58,831 nt of DNA. Source: Verrucomicrobiales bacterium (GTDB lineage Bacteria > Verrucomicrobiota > Verrucomicrobiia > Verrucomicrobiales > V1-33). Position 1 is the stretch's first letter, and each line of letters starts with the position of its first letter. Where the stretch lies: assembly GCA_031411295.1 (NCBI GenBank), contig JANOAV010000206.1, forward strand, positions 1-58,831, written 5' to 3'. The position numbers and the translations under genes were made by a program. Positions 41,089 through 50,800 of this stretch are shown piece after piece. The notes beneath the pieces were generated by a model that was not told the origin of the DNA, did not search any database, and saw only the letters and a program-made list of their open reading frames with translations.

Positions 41089-41823
41089 TCAAATTTCCGC
41101 ATCTGCGGCCCGCCCGAACCAGCGTGCCGTGAATTGCTGGGCGGCCAGGGAGAACAGGCAATAGGCCGTAAACCAATAAAATCCCGGCCCCACATCCGCT
41201 TGGAATTCGAGCATCGGCGGGGCGTAGGCTGGATTTCCGGGCATCCCCTGACTACTCTGCGCCACCAGATAAGTGATGAAAAGCGCCACGACAAAGACAT
41301 CCGCCATGGACCACTTGCCGATGCGTTCGATAAATTCCAGCACCCGGCGGCGGCGGAAATTCTCCCGCAGAAAAATCGCCCACAGGCTGAGCGCAGCCTT
41401 AGTCACCGGCACGATGATGCTAAAGAGCAGAATCAGCGTGGCGGGAGTGGGACTCTCCATTTCATAGAGATGCTGCACCGAACCAACGATGCTGCGGGTC
41501 TGCTGGTAAACCTCCCAGTCCTGACCATTCTGCTGCAAGGAGGCCATCAGTTGCGGCGTAACTTGATTAATTAACATCTTCCGCAGGTCTCCACCAGTGG
41601 CCTCTACCAAGGCCAGGGTGCGGGCGTCCATGAGAGACTTCAACACGCCCACCGTCTCTTTGCTGATGCCATTTTCCAAAAGTTGCGGAGCAATAAAAGC
41701 CACGCCCTCCTGCTTGAGTATGCCACGAATTGAAATCACTGGCAACAGTAGGCCAGGAATCAGCAGCCCCACCGACAGGACGAGCAGGGCAAGGGTAATA
41801 CGACGACGGGATTTCAAGTCCAT
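41089..41823 (-). CDS. pqiA: Paraquat-inducible protein A family membrane protein
   Basis: LFSIIVP..K, IGKWSMADVFVVA and GPGFYWF. Confidence 0.85.
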   Translation of the reverse strand: MDLKSRRRITLALLVLSVGLLIPGLLLPVISIRGILKQEGVAFIAPQLLENGISKETVGVLKSLMDARTLALVEATGGDLRKMLINQVTPQLMASLQQNGQDWEVYQQTRSIVGSVQHLYEMESPTPATLILLFSIIVPVTKAALSLWAIFLRENFRRRRVLEFIERIGKWSMADVFVVALFITYLVAQSSQGMPGNPAYAPPMLEFQADVGPGFYWFTAYCLFSLAAQQFTARWFGRAADAEI

Positions 41824-41991
41824 CTTTCTGAATAGTGGCGGAAGCCCGAAGTGGAAACCCCGATTTGCTGGAGCACGGAAACGCGGGGAAATGGAATTTC
41901 CGTCATCTTTGCAAAAAGCTCTTGGAAATGATTAAAATTAACGTAATTTCTAGAATTAAGGAGTTTTGCATCCGCTCCCCTTGTTTTCCTC

Positions 41992-42777
41992 ATGCCGTCC
42001 CGTGGAGTCATTTATTTGGTAAGTGGTGGTCGTAGCTACCTTGGTGAGCTGCTGACCTCGCTGCGTTCCTTGCGCCGATATGAGCCGGATCTGCCAGTCA
42101 CAGTCTTCTCACGCTTCGCCTTGCCGGCTGGCACTCCATGCGAGTGGGTTTCCTTCCGATCGGATCATCATCCCTTGAAAGAAAAGGTCATGGCCCTGCC
42201 GCAGAGCCCCTATGACGAAACATTGTTCCTCGATACCGACACCACCATTCTGGGACCAGTCCAGCCGATCTTCGATTACCTGAGAGATCTAGACTTTGCG
42301 GTGGGCAATATGTTTCTGGGCGACTGGTCGGTGAAGCCCACCAAGCTGTTAGCGCTAGTTAAACCAGATGATTACAACACTGGCGTGCTCGTATTTCGTC
42401 GCACTCCGGAGACATGGGCCTTTCTGGAGAAATGGAAGGAAGCCGTGCTCCCACAGAATCCCAAGGACATGTGGGCCGGACATAATTGTGATCAGGACTA
42501 CTTCAACAAGATCGTCCGGGAAGGGGCTCCCGCAGCCTGCGGCCTCAGATTTGGCACCTTCCCCAACGTCGTTTACAACGTCCGCGGGACGATGGCACCC
42601 GAATTAAAGAACCAAGGCCTGTGGCCGGACGTGCGCATCTACCACCACCGCACCCGCCGCATGAAAGTGAACAAAATGCTCTTCTCGTTCACCGATCCCG
42701 ACACCGCACGGGAAGTAGCGATTAAACTCTGGGGCCGCCTCCGCAGGGCTGCCCCCGTGGCCGGTTCCGTGGAGTAG
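41992..42777 (+). CDS. GT-A fold glycosyltransferase
   Basis: SPYDETLFLDTDT (DxD), YNTGV and DQ motifs. Confidence 0.8.
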   Translation: MPSRGVIYLVSGGRSYLGELLTSLRSLRRYEPDLPVTVFSRFALPAGTPCEWVSFRSDHHPLKEKVMALPQSPYDETLFLDTDTTILGPVQPIFDYLRDLDFAVGNMFLGDWSVKPTKLLALVKPDDYNTGVLVFRRTPETWAFLEKWKEAVLPQNPKDMWAGHNCDQDYFNKIVREGAPAACGLRFGTFPNVVYNVRGTMAPELKNQGLWPDVRIYHHRTRRMKVNKMLFSFTDPDTAREVAIKLWGRLRRAAPVAGSVE

Positions 42778-42808
42778 CCATTTGGCAAATAGACTCCGGC
42801 TGATGGGC

Positions 42809-43216
42809 TTACTTGAATTTGAAAAAGAAGTAAACCACCGCCACCCATTCCCGCTTCACTCCTTTGGCGTGGCCGATCGTGGCATGATTGCTACTCTCCA
42901 CTGTCCCATCCTCCTTGACGTAGCCAATCGTCGCATGCGAGGCATCCTCCACCGTCCCATTTTCCTTGAAATAGCCGATCGTGCTATGGTTGCTACTTTC
43001 GATGGTGCCATCCTTTTTCAGATAGCCAATCGTCGCGTGGGAGGCGTTCTCAATGGTGCCGTTTTCCTTGATGTAGCCCTTCGTGGCATGACTGCTGTCC
43101 TCAATCGTGCCATCCGCTTTGATGTAGCCGGTAGTCGAGTGGTTACCCGCTTCCAGGGTTTGCGCATAGACTACAGGCAGGCTGGTAAGTAATGCTAGCA
43201 GGGAAAGGATTTTCAT
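42809..43216 (-). CDS. Small secreted protein with five 17-aa beta repeats (beta-flower-like)
   Basis: GY.K.(D/N)GT(I/V)E..(S/N)H.T repeated five times after a signal peptide. Confidence 0.8.
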   Translation of the reverse strand: MKILSLLALLTSLPVVYAQTLEAGNHSTTGYIKADGTIEDSSHATKGYIKENGTIENASHATIGYLKKDGTIESSNHSTIGYFKENGTVEDASHATIGYVKEDGTVESSNHATIGHAKGVKREWVAVVYFFFKFK

Positions 43217-43230
43217 AAAATGAAGGCAGG

Positions 43231-46200
43231 TCATTGAGACAGATTCACCACATCCGGTCCAGCTTGGAAATTCCCTCGGACTTCGCCAGCTGTAAGCGCT
43301 CGCGGATAGATTCGGAACTCATTGATCTTACCATCGAGATTTGGATCAGCCGTCCAGTTGGAGCGGCCAATCCACGTGTTTAGGCTGGGGATGGTCTGCG
43401 GCCCGTCAGATGTAACGAATTCCCCGACCTTGACCCCGTCATTATAGACCACCCAGGCACTCGTTGTAGTCGAGTAGGTGATGACGACATGCTGCTGTTG
43501 GTTTAAAACCTTGCCATTAATGAGCTGGTAACGATCCTGGTAGTTCCGGCGCAACCAGAAGAGTTGCTGGGGTTCCGCCGTGGTGCTCAAAGCGTAAAAG
43601 ACGTAGTCGGGCCCGCCGGTAGCGCTGCCTCCTGGACCATTCAACTCACCTGCCGAGCCGGGACCCATATCAAACAAACGTGGATAGTTTCCCAAGCTTT
43701 CGGGCGTAAACCAAAACTCCAACGAGACATCGGGCGTTGCATTCGCCAGGCCATTTGGAATGTCCACGTATGCGGCGCTCGCTGAGCTGCCGCCGGGAAG
43801 GTCGACTTGACCAGCCAAACTCACCGCTCCGGCACCTTTCAAGACAAGCGCGTTGGTCCCAATCAGGTCTGGAATCGGCGTTCCGTCCACCACCGGCCCA
43901 GCAGGCAGGCTAAAGCTGTAGCGATGCGAAGGAGCGGCCTGCAGCGGGGCTCCGGGTGCGGCGAAGGGATAAAATGGCCGCTCCGCAGCATGACTGGCTG
44001 CTATCTCTAGAGCGGTCAGGCTCCGCCCATGGATGCGAAGCCGTCCGATGGCCCCACTAAACTCACTTCCCAGCCTTGGAGCCGTCGCTGGCAGGCCTAT
44101 GCCCACTCCATCTGAGCGATGGAGCAAACCGTCCACGTAGATGGAGAGTGTGCCCGCAGCGTAAACAAACGCGAGGTGATGCCATTTCCCCTGGGCAGGA
44201 ACGATTCCTCCTGGGGCATTTGCAGTGTAGGCTGGGTCCCAGCCGAGGTTTGGAGAAAAACGTTGCGCCAAAGCCCCCAACAGTCCGTTGGTGCCGTAGC
44301 CGTAACGATAGTAGGGTTCGCCCCTTCCTCCATCGAAGACCACCAGCGATTCAAGGTTATCGGCATTGTTGTTGTAGGCCCAAATCTCCACCGTCTGTGG
44401 CACACCTCCCACGAGTGCCCCTGGCAGGGCCGGCCCCACGAATGAATCCGTGAGAGCAAATGAAACAGCGTAAGCCCCATCGAGCACCCCCGCTTTGGGC
44501 GCTCCTTCGGCAGTAAACGCCCCACCCACAGTGCCCCGGTTGATCCAACCACCAACGTTTGTGTAGTCTTCTGCGCGCAGCTCGTAGAGCGGCGGCGGTT
44601 CCAGCGGCGGCGGTTCCAGGGTGAATTTCAGTCTGGTAAACTCCCGGGGGTGTTGATTCGGAATAGTGGCCGTCACTACCGCTTCCCGCAGGACTGGGGA
44701 AGCATAGCTTTCCGATGCGCGGCCGCCTTCCAGCAGATCGATCATCGGTGCCCCAGCTCTTCCCAACGCTACCGTCATCCATTGGAGTAGATCATGTGAG
44801 ACCTGCATTTCGTAGATCACATCCGTTGTGGCGGTTGGATGTCCGAACAGGAACTCCTTATTTCCTACGGCTCCACTGGCATCGCTCAGCAGCAGCGCAT
44901 CTGTCCCATCTCTAACCAGCGGATCGCGCCCCAAGGCGTATTCTGCCAGGTTTGTCAAACCATCCCCATCACTATCGACTTGTGAGGAATTTACCGCCAG
45001 TGCTCTTGAGACCGCCCATTGCGCGTAGGTAGTGGCACCCGGCACGATGATCGTGAGCGAATGCGTCCCAGTCCCGCCGCCGTTCGTGGCGGAAAGCGTC
45101 ACCGGATACGCGCCGGGCATGGCGGGCGTTCCGGAAATGACGCCCGTGTTTACATCCACCCCCAGTCCTGGTGGCAAGCCCGTTGCCCCGTAGGCTCCTG
45201 GCGAGTTTTGAGCCACGATGCGGGTAGAATAGGCAAAATTAGGCGGCACCAGCAGATAGCGCGGCATCGCCAGATGCGGCACCGTCACGGACGGCTCCGT
45301 TTGAGTCATCAGCAGCACATGATCCCCCATGCTGCTCAGGGCCACTCCTGTTGGAGCATTCGCCGCCAGAGCGATCTCAGAAGCCCGGCCCCATACCACC
45401 ACCTGACCGTTGCTGCGCAGCGCCACGGAATATCCATTTGCCGCCGCCACATCGACAGCGTCATTCAATCCTTCGGGAATATTCAATTCCCCCTGCGTAT
45501 TCGTGCCCCAACCCACCACCGTTCCATCCGCCTTCAGCCCCAGAGTGTGATTGGCGGAAGAAGCCAGCTTCGCCACGCCCGTCAGGCCCCCAGGGGGGAA
45601 TCCTGGAATATCAAACGTTCCACCCCAAACATGGACCGCCCCGTCCCAGCGCAAACCGGAGGAATAGCGTTCAGCGGAAACGACCTGTTTGATAAAACCC
45701 GTCGGCGCATTGGCAATAGCGTTGCTGCCCCAGGCGATCACCGCCCCGCTCGCCCGCAGGGCCACGGCGTGATTTCCTCCACAGTCAATGCCTACCACAT
45801 CCCGCAACACGGCTGGCACCCCGCCCACCAGTCCGGAGCTGCCCCAGGCGGTCAGCGTTCCATCCGCTTTCAATGCCAAAGCGAAATCATTCCCCGCCGC
45901 CACCGCTACCACGCCAGACAGTCCAACCGGGGGCGTCAGCGCCGCGTTGCCCGTGCCCCATACCTTGACCGATCCGTCTTTCAGCGCCGCGATGCTAAAC
46001 CCATACCCGGCGTCAAAACTCACCACTCCGGCCAATCCGGATGGCACCAAGGAGTTCCATGAATAAATCGGCGATGGCGGCAGGATGTGCAGGATCAACC
46101 GTTCCGCACCGGTTCCCCGGGCATTGGTGGCTGACTGGTCCACTTGGAATCTCCCAAACTGCTCCGGCGTGCCGCTGATCACCCCGGTGGCCGGATTCAA

Positions 46201-47865
46201 GCTCAATCCATTCGGCAAACCCCGCACCCCGTAGCTGGTCGGGCTGCCCTTGGCGGAAATATAGTGCTGGAAGGGATAGCCCACGACCGCAATCGCCGCT
46301 GGCACTGCGCAGACCAGCGGCTCCACGTTGTTGGCTGGTGAGGCATACACCGCCGCAGATTCGTTCTCAGCGGCGGAAATGCCCACCGCTTTGGTCAATT
46401 GCGCCGGAATGGTTGTCTGGCCTTCGTCATTCCGGCCCCATGCTACGACCGAACCGTCCGCTTTCAGGGCTACGGTGTGGTTCCAACCGGCAGAGATGGC
46501 CACCACGCCGCTGAGATTCGCGGGCTGGTTTTGATACTGGCCTTGATCATAGTTGCCCGTCAGTCCCCACATCGCCACCGTGCCGTCGTGGCGCAGGCCT
46601 ACCGCGTGATAACTTCCGGCGGCGATGGCACGGAATCCATAATTCACGGCGGCGGGGGGCACCGGGACAAAATTTCCCCACACGGTCACCGTGCCGTCGG
46701 CCCGCAGCGCGAGCGATCCTTCTCCGGAGGCTGCCACGTCAATGACATTGCTCAGCCCCGGCGGCACGGCGGTGCGGTTTCCGCCGCTGGCACCCCAGCA
46801 GACCACCGTGCCATCCTGTTGCAGGGCGACGGCATGGGCTGCGCTGGCCACTTTCACCACGGGATTCAAACTGGGCGGCAGGGGCAGCAGGCTGGAACGG
46901 AGGCGGCCATTCCGGTCGATCAGGTGCGTTGCGCCGCCGCCGGTGCCGGTCACCGCGCCGCTGGTTTGCAGCGGGCTGTTGATCGGCCAAGACGAGACCG
47001 TGTCCCCGGCCATGAAGGCAAAACTGGTCAGGCCCAGACTCACCGCCTTCACATCTTGCTGGCCAGGCGGCGGAACACTCACGCCGTCTCCTAAAGAGCG
47101 TGTGCCCCACGCCACCAGTTCGCCAAAGGCCGCGCCGATTTCCTTGTCCCCGTCCATCGTCAGCGTGATCACGGGTGTGATGGCGGTGGAAGCTCCGACC
47201 CATGAACGGAAAAGCCCCTTCCCCGAGACCGCCGTCAGCGTTACCGTGCTGCCCTTCATCGGACGCGCTCCCGGCGGGTCCACGGTCACTGTGCCGCCCG
47301 GCAGATTCAGCATCGTCAGAGCCACCCGCGCTTCGGTGGGGTTGTTCGGATTCGTGCCGTCCGCCAGTTCCTGCGCATTGCTGCTGCCATCACCATCACT
47401 GTCCTGCCCTCCGGTCTTCGTCAGGTCGCCAAAGGTTGCGATCTCCCAATCATCCGGCAGCCCATCCCCCTCACTGTCCAGCCGGACCGTTACGGCATTG
47501 CTCTCAACCGTGCCATTGGGGGTGGTGACCACGCAGGTGTAGGTGCCAAAGTCGCCTGCTGCCATGCTGGGGAAAAACAGGGTGTCGGCGGTGGCTCCGG
47601 GGATGTCCACCCCGGCGTGCCGCCATTGGTAGGTCAAGGGGGCGTTGCCGGTGGCTTTGGCGCTGATGGAGCAGATGGCGTTTATAGATAAATTAGTGCG
47701 CGAGGCAGCTACAGCCACAGTTAAGGGAGACTCTTCCGGGCCATAAATTGAGCTAATGTTTTCATTTTGATCTGTTACAATAGACCCAGCGAACGACTCT
47801 GAATAAACACATCGTATAATAACCGTCAACTCAAGTCCAAAGATTAGCGCATTTCGAAATGTCAT
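43231..47865 (-). CDS. 1544-aa surface protein: Ig, Ca-binding DxDGDG repeats, two RCC1-like + putative-Ig modules, two LamG domains
   Basis: LTYQW...GTYTCVV; DSDGDG; repeated H.VAL..DG.V..WG; GLP.GL......GVISGTP; WHHLAFVY and GKINEFRIY. Confidence 0.9.
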   Translation of the reverse strand: MTFRNALIFGLELTVIIRCVYSESFAGSIVTDQNENISSIYGPEESPLTVAVAASRTNLSINAICSISAKATGNAPLTYQWRHAGVDIPGATADTLFFPSMAAGDFGTYTCVVTTPNGTVESNAVTVRLDSEGDGLPDDWEIATFGDLTKTGGQDSDGDGSSNAQELADGTNPNNPTEARVALTMLNLPGGTVTVDPPGARPMKGSTVTLTAVSGKGLFRSWVGASTAITPVITLTMDGDKEIGAAFGELVAWGTRSLGDGVSVPPPGQQDVKAVSLGLTSFAFMAGDTVSSWPINSPLQTSGAVTGTGGGATHLIDRNGRLRSSLLPLPPSLNPVVKVASAAHAVALQQDGTVVCWGASGGNRTAVPPGLSNVIDVAASGEGSLALRADGTVTVWGNFVPVPPAAVNYGFRAIAAGSYHAVGLRHDGTVAMWGLTGNYDQGQYQNQPANLSGVVAISAGWNHTVALKADGSVVAWGRNDEGQTTIPAQLTKAVGISAAENESAAVYASPANNVEPLVCAVPAAIAVVGYPFQHYISAKGSPTSYGVRGLPNGLSLNPATGVISGTPEQFGRFQVDQSATNARGTGAERLILHILPPSPIYSWNSLVPSGLAGVVSFDAGYGFSIAALKDGSVKVWGTGNAALTPPVGLSGVVAVAAGNDFALALKADGTLTAWGSSGLVGGVPAVLRDVVGIDCGGNHAVALRASGAVIAWGSNAIANAPTGFIKQVVSAERYSSGLRWDGAVHVWGGTFDIPGFPPGGLTGVAKLASSANHTLGLKADGTVVGWGTNTQGELNIPEGLNDAVDVAAANGYSVALRSNGQVVVWGRASEIALAANAPTGVALSSMGDHVLLMTQTEPSVTVPHLAMPRYLLVPPNFAYSTRIVAQNSPGAYGATGLPPGLGVDVNTGVISGTPAMPGAYPVTLSATNGGGTGTHSLTIIVPGATTYAQWAVSRALAVNSSQVDSDGDGLTNLAEYALGRDPLVRDGTDALLLSDASGAVGNKEFLFGHPTATTDVIYEMQVSHDLLQWMTVALGRAGAPMIDLLEGGRASESYASPVLREAVVTATIPNQHPREFTRLKFTLEPPPLEPPPLYELRAEDYTNVGGWINRGTVGGAFTAEGAPKAGVLDGAYAVSFALTDSFVGPALPGALVGGVPQTVEIWAYNNNADNLESLVVFDGGRGEPYYRYGYGTNGLLGALAQRFSPNLGWDPAYTANAPGGIVPAQGKWHHLAFVYAAGTLSIYVDGLLHRSDGVGIGLPATAPRLGSEFSGAIGRLRIHGRSLTALEIAASHAAERPFYPFAAPGAPLQAAPSHRYSFSLPAGPVVDGTPIPDLIGTNALVLKGAGAVSLAGQVDLPGGSSASAAYVDIPNGLANATPDVSLEFWFTPESLGNYPRLFDMGPGSAGELNGPGGSATGGPDYVFYALSTTAEPQQLFWLRRNYQDRYQLINGKVLNQQQHVVITYSTTTSAWVVYNDGVKVGEFVTSDGPQTIPSLNTWIGRSNWTADPNLDGKINEFRIYPRALTAGEVRGNFQAGPDVVNLSQ

Positions 47866-47877
47866 TTTGTGCTGAAG

Positions 47878-50800
47878 TTATGGGTAAAATGGGCGAATTC
47901 GGCCAGATCCATCGCAGATTTCTTGCGGCCCAACGGTCAAATCCCCCTCTGGAGACACGCAAAGATAGCCATCTGGTGCATATACAGGAACACCTAAGTA
48001 GGTTGCCAGTTGCTGAGCGAACGAATTCGGTCCTTGGCCGGTATTGCATGCCAGAAGCATTACAGAGGAGCCTTTTTTATATTTGGGGTTCGAAAGAATT
48101 TGCCGCGCTAATGTTTCTGGATAAACGTCACCGTTTGGCCCCTGGACCGCATAGGCCGGGGACCCCGGGGACCCCGGGGGCCTAACTCCATGGATTATTA
48201 TTTGAAACATATCAGGATCCCTAATCTTCTGTGCATTAGCGATAATATTCGGATGTTTAGGATTGGGTTGAAGCACAATTTCTGTTTCCAATCCTAAAAC
48301 GTCAACTGAATTAACCGGGTCATTTTGAGCATAAGAAAAAATATTCACCCCGCCAGCCTCCCCGATGGGATCACGATTTAACCATGAACCAAGTTGCGTG
48401 TTAAGCATACGAAAGGGGGCGAGTAACAGCGAGGGAGTTAAATCGGACCCTAAATGACCTGTAAAGCCAATTCTTAATGACAACGAGGTTCCGGCCGATT
48501 CGAAGCCGAATGGATCATAAAGCCGAACTTCATTGCGGTCATCGCCCAAATTAACTCGCGGCGAATTCAAGTGGTCAAAACAAGTGAAATAGGCCCCGCT
48601 CTCCGTCCAATTGAGTGCACCGTTGGCGAATCGTTTGACACGTTCGCTACCAAATTGAAAAACTCGATTCCCTTGGTAGATGATCCGCTCGGAAACTGCC
48701 GAGGAGGTGAAATTCCATGAGATGGGTGAACCAAGCGCATTGTAGGAAATAGAGCCCTCATCTGTGGTTGTTTTAATAGTAGAAATGCGATTTGCGCCAT
48801 CCCACCTCGTCTCAATAGGAAAAAGTGCAGCAGACGTCGAGATGGGAGCATTTAGTGCACTAAAAGCAAAATTACCTTGGGAACCATCCTGTGCCAAAAC
48901 TCGATTGCCAGCCAAATCATACGCATAAATTACATTTTGACTATTACCGGGCACGCCAATGACGATGCCAATAAGTTGGTCGACTTGATCGTAGGCAAAT
49001 GTTTGAAGCTTTTCTGCCGCCGCACTTCCAAGCTGCTGGCGCCAAGTCTGAATTTTACCTGATGGAAAGTAGGTGTAGTCAAATTGGGCCACTACGTCAG
49101 CAAATTTAGCGTGGCGAATTTGCAGGAGACGGCGGCTACCAGCATTTCCAAAATAGGAGTATGTGCTGCGAATGCCATTTGGGTAGGAGCGAGTGGCGAG
49201 GCGACGTGAGGCACCATCGTAGGTGTGCAGAAACGGGCCAGACGGTGTCCCATTTGTCAGAATTCGGCCTATTTCATCGAAGGTCCAGGTTTCGGCTAAA
49301 CCAGCGATGGTGCGCTGCGTAAGCAGACTGCGGGCATCATAGGTGTAGGTAAGTGTTTCATCAGGGTAACGTCCTTCCTGCTTTGCAAGCCGCCCAGCAC
49401 CAAGAGCGGGACCGTTGGTAATGGGGTGGTAGGTGTAGTAGTAGGGCTCCGGTCCGGCGATGGCGGAGGTCATGCGGTTGAAGACGGGATCGTATGTGTA
49501 GGTGCAGGTGGGGGTGGCGATTTCCGCATTGGGGTAGCTGATGCGGGCGATCTGGTCATCGGCGGTCCATTGGTAGTCGGTGAACTGGCCCTTGGCATCG
49601 GTGCGGCGCTTTAGGCGGGAGGTGGCGCGTTCGTATTCATAGAGGTAACGCGAGCCATCCGCGTAAATCTTAGCTTTGGGCCGTCCCTGAATATCGAGGT
49701 CCCAATGGGTGGCGCGGCCCATGGCATCGAACAGGTAGCGGAGCTTCCCGCAGCGGCACCACTGGTAGCGCAGGGTGCGGTTGGCGGGATCCGTCTGCGC
49801 CACCAACTGCCGCAAGGCATTGTAAGTCATGGTGGTGACGCGCCCTTCCCGGTCGCGGGAGGTGGCCTTATCCAGCCGGTTGTAGGTGTATTCCTCATAG
49901 GTGCCATCCATGTAGGAAGTGCGGGTCAGGCGGTCCATCACATCGTATTGATAGGTCATCATATAGCCATCCACATCCGTCCAAGTGGCTGGGCGGCCAT
50001 AGGCATCGTAGGTCAGGGTGATCGTATCCTGCGCTCCCGGCAGCGGCCCATTCACTGAAGTCAGGTAGCCATCCGCATTGTAACCCAGAGTCGTGACCGC
50101 TCCGATGGGATCGGTGACCGTGAGCAATTGTCCCCGGTCATTCCAAGTGTAGGAGGTGACCATGCCGTCCATGCCGGTCGTGGTCAGGGGGAGATGCTGG
50201 GCATTGTAGGTGGCGGAAGAAAGCCGGGCAAAATCATCGGCCCCATTGCCCGTAAGGCGGCGGGTCTCCAGCAGATCGATGCCATTGGCAGCGTAGGTGT
50301 AGGTGGTCTCACGCCCTGCAGCATCCACCTCCCGGACAACATTACCCCGCGCATTGTAATCCATGAAGGTGCGCTGCACGCTGCCATCGTCCATGAATCG
50401 GGCGGTGGAAGAGGGCTGGCTGTAAGTGCCACGGTAGGCAGGTGCCACCTGCCCGGCATGGGTGAACCAAACCCGGTTCTCCAGCGGTTGCTTCACGCTT
50501 TCCAAGGTATTGCCTGTCAGGGAAGAGGGATCACTGTGCTGCCAGTGGTAGTTCACCGCCTTGGTGTAATCTTCCGGATGGTGACCCCAGGCTTCCTTGT
50601 TCCAATGGAATGTGTTCCGGTAGGCCATCCAATCAGTCGTGCCACCGGAAGGGTTCGCGGCATTTGGCGGAATGCCAGGTGCATTATTCTTATATTCCAC
50701 CACCTCCGCATCGCCCTGCGGGTCTATGACCGTAAGGCGGCGGTTGATGCCATCCACCGCACTCTGAAAAGTGGTTCGTCCGTAGGGGGTCACCATGGCC

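Noticed and set aside
41089..41823. Complete Pqi lipid-transport system
   Set aside because: Only a PqiA-like gene is present; there is no pqiB/MCE gene in the window.
42860..43150. 51-bp periodic repeats as a CRISPR or DGR array
   Set aside because: They are in-frame protein repeats with synonymous variation; no spacers, cas genes or reverse transcriptase.
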